From IMG/VR virus record IMGVR_UViG_3300048905_000037, positions 1 to 42,722 of that record: a stretch of DNA of 42,722 nt; one strand, given 5' to 3'. This DNA is from a virus. A model generated the notes under the pieces. The model worked only from the letters and a program-made list of their open reading frames with translations. It was not told the origin of the DNA and did not search any database. The translations under genes were made by a program, and so were the position numbers. Position 1 is the first letter of the stretch. Each line of letters begins with the position of its first letter. This document shows positions 41,320-42,722 of this stretch, one piece after another.

Positions 41320-41505
41320 ATGATGCAGGTACAGAAAATCCAATCGCGGTACATCACTCTTGTCGAGTGGGCACAGGCGAACTTTTCGAAGACGCCACAC
41401 ATGAACACGCTTCGCCGCTGGGTGCACGACGGCCACATCAGGCCGAAGCCCAAAAAGGTCGGTAAGGCGTGGCAAGTGAAGCGCGACGCAGAATACGTGG
41501 AGTGA
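41320..41505 (+). CDS. xis: Excisionase
   Basis: YITLVEWAQANFSKTPHMNTLRRWVHDGHIRPKPKKVGKAWQV is the lambda-type excisionase pattern. It lies directly upstream of int. The start is 41320 or 41323. Confidence 0.7.
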   Translation: MMQVQKIQSRYITLVEWAQANFSKTPHMNTLRRWVHDGHIRPKPKKVGKAWQVKRDAEYVE

Positions 41506-41506
41506 T

Positions 41507-42607
41507 ATGGGAAGGCAGCGACTAGCGAAGAACCGGGCCTTGCCGCCCAACCTCTATGTCAACTCGGCCGGGTATTATTACTACCGGCACCCGGAGAACA
41601 AGACGCAGAAGGGGCTCGGTAAGGACCGGGGCAACGCCATCCTGGCGGCAAAGGACACGAACGCGGCGTTGGCCGCACGCTCGCGGTCGCCCCTGGTCGA
41701 TTGGGCGCTCGGCCGGACCGACTACACCTTGGCCGACTGGCTGCCGGTTTATCGCGAGCTGTGGGAGGAAAAGACCAAGCCGGCAGACAGCACCCTTTAC
41801 GCGGCAAAGCAGCTGCTGAAGCGGCTCGGCGAGACCGACTTCGCAAAAATGCGCATGAAACACATCGAGACCCTTCACGTGTCAACGTTCCTGAACGAGT
41901 ACGCGAAAACCTCGGGCGCTGCGATGGCCCGCAATATGCGGTCGAAGCTGAGTGACATATTCCGGTGGGCGGAAACGCAGGGCGTGATCGAGGTCGGCAA
42001 GAACCCTGTTACAGCGACGTTCACGCCCGGCTACAAGGTCAAGCGTGAGCGGCTGAGCCTAGAGCAGTTCTGGGCGATCCATGCACATGCGCCGGCCTGG
42101 ACCAAGAACGCGATGGTGCTTGCCTTGGTCACTGCTCAGCGCCGGGAGGACGTAGCCGAAATGAAGTTCGCCGATTACAAGGACGGCTTTCTGCACGTGG
42201 CTCAGGGCAAGTCTGGCGGGGAGACCAAGCTGCAGCTGGACGGCGCAATCCGGCTGGGCAAGGTTGGCGTATCGATTGGGGAAGCTGTGGCAGCATGCCG
42301 GGACCTGATCGTGAGCCGCCACCTGATCCACTACACCGAGCGAATCGCTAGAGCCAAGCCCGGTGCGAAGGTAGAGGGCCAGGCGATTTCGAAAGCCTTT
42401 CAGCGTGCTCGTGAGGCGGCCAAGATCGAAGCCAAGGAAGACCGTTCTCCGCCTTCATTCCACGAGATCCGCAGCCTGTCGGAGCGCCTCTACCGCGAAG
42501 AGTTCGGAGCCGACTTCGCGCAGGCAATGCTCGGCCATAAGAGCGCGCAGATGACTTCGAAATATGATGACCTGCGCGGAGGCTGGAAGACCATCAAGGC
42601 GAAATGA
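41507..42607 (+). CDS. int: Tyrosine integrase, lambda Int family with an N-terminal arm-binding domain
   Basis: The N-terminus LPPNLYVNSAGYYYYRHPENK and the catalytic motifs AQRREDV, HEIRSL, LGHKS and TSKYD are present. The last 8 nt lie inside the terminal repeat. Confidence 0.9.
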   Translation: MGRQRLAKNRALPPNLYVNSAGYYYYRHPENKTQKGLGKDRGNAILAAKDTNAALAARSRSPLVDWALGRTDYTLADWLPVYRELWEEKTKPADSTLYAAKQLLKRLGETDFAKMRMKHIETLHVSTFLNEYAKTSGAAMARNMRSKLSDIFRWAETQGVIEVGKNPVTATFTPGYKVKRERLSLEQFWAIHAHAPAWTKNAMVLALVTAQRREDVAEMKFADYKDGFLHVAQGKSGGETKLQLDGAIRLGKVGVSIGEAVAACRDLIVSRHLIHYTERIARAKPGAKVEGQAISKAFQRAREAAKIEAKEDRSPPSFHEIRSLSERLYREEFGADFAQAMLGHKSAQMTSKYDDLRGGWKTIKAK

Positions 42608-42722
42608 AATATGAATTTTGTAGACGGATTTCTGTAAAAATCACAGATCGCCTTTAGGTACGGGAGCGCTTTTCGAAGAACCTGCTTACATCTGAAACGT
42701 TTGGACTCAACCATATTTTCAT
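42600..42722. repeat. Terminal direct repeat, copy 2 (identical to 1-123)
   Basis: Base-by-base identity with 1-123. It starts 8 nt before the int stop. Confidence 0.9.

Noticed and set aside
1-42722. Diversity-generating retroelement or retron. The genome size and podovirus-like module recalled BPP-1-type phages.
   Set aside because: No ORF has reverse-transcriptase motifs (no YxDD-type block). No template/variable repeat pair was noticed near the tail genes.
1-42722. tRNA, rRNA, tmRNA genes or a CRISPR array.
   Set aside because: No cloverleaf-like or GTTCGAATC-type T-arm sequences were seen in the intergenic gaps. No regularly spaced direct repeats of 25-40 nt were seen either. This was an eye scan only; tRNAscan-SE and a CRISPR finder would be decisive.

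Overview
The window is one complete, tightly packed temperate phage or prophage genome. It has about 42.6 kb of unique sequence and is high-GC by eye, roughly 60%. A high-GC proteobacterial host is my inference only. The genome is bounded by a perfect 123-bp direct repeat (1-123 = 42600-42722) that begins 8 nt before the integrase stop codon.

Layout:
- Minus strand 238-22551 holds the late genes in P22-like order, read right to left: small and large terminase, two small inserted ORFs, portal, scaffold, P22-type coat plus terminator, and five extra ORFs. These are followed by gp4-like and gp10-like tail proteins, a needle-position ORF, a GNAT acetyltransferase, three ejection-protein-position ORFs, a beta-helix tailspike, and a holin/endolysin/i-spanin/o-spanin cassette next to the repeat.
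- Minus strand 22592-28896 holds the early-right operon: Cro, a cII-position HTH protein, a wHTH protein, a DUF1376 initiator-like protein, DnaB helicase, small Cys-rich ORFs, a Ser/His-rich ORF, NinG and a putative late regulator.
- Plus strand 29003-30714 holds an S24/LexA-type CI repressor, followed by a low-GC cassette of three small membrane proteins plus a lipoprotein, closed by a terminator.
- Plus strand 30833-41313 holds a PL-type early-left operon (annealing protein, PD-(D/E)xK exonuclease, DUF1367 and many accessory ORFs), then excisionase and a lambda-type tyrosine integrase.

The stand-out feature is a stand-alone TnpB-family gene (IS200/IS605 OrfB, RNA-guided nuclease) at 35507-36568.
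- It is the only minus-strand gene in the early-left operon.
- It has almost no spare flanking DNA.
- It has Gly at the canonical RuvC-II glutamate position.
- It is flanked by an 11/12-nt codon-aligned direct repeat, so removing the insert would fuse the two neighbouring ORFs in frame.

Other points worth a second look:
- the CI-linked membrane-protein cassette
- an orphan terminator antisense to the early-right operon
- a GNAT gene with its own promoter-like gap inside the virion-gene block
- iteron-like repeats inside the initiator-like gene
- two matching promoter/operator regions

I saw no tRNA, rRNA, CRISPR array or reverse transcriptase. All family assignments come from reading motifs by eye; no database search was run.
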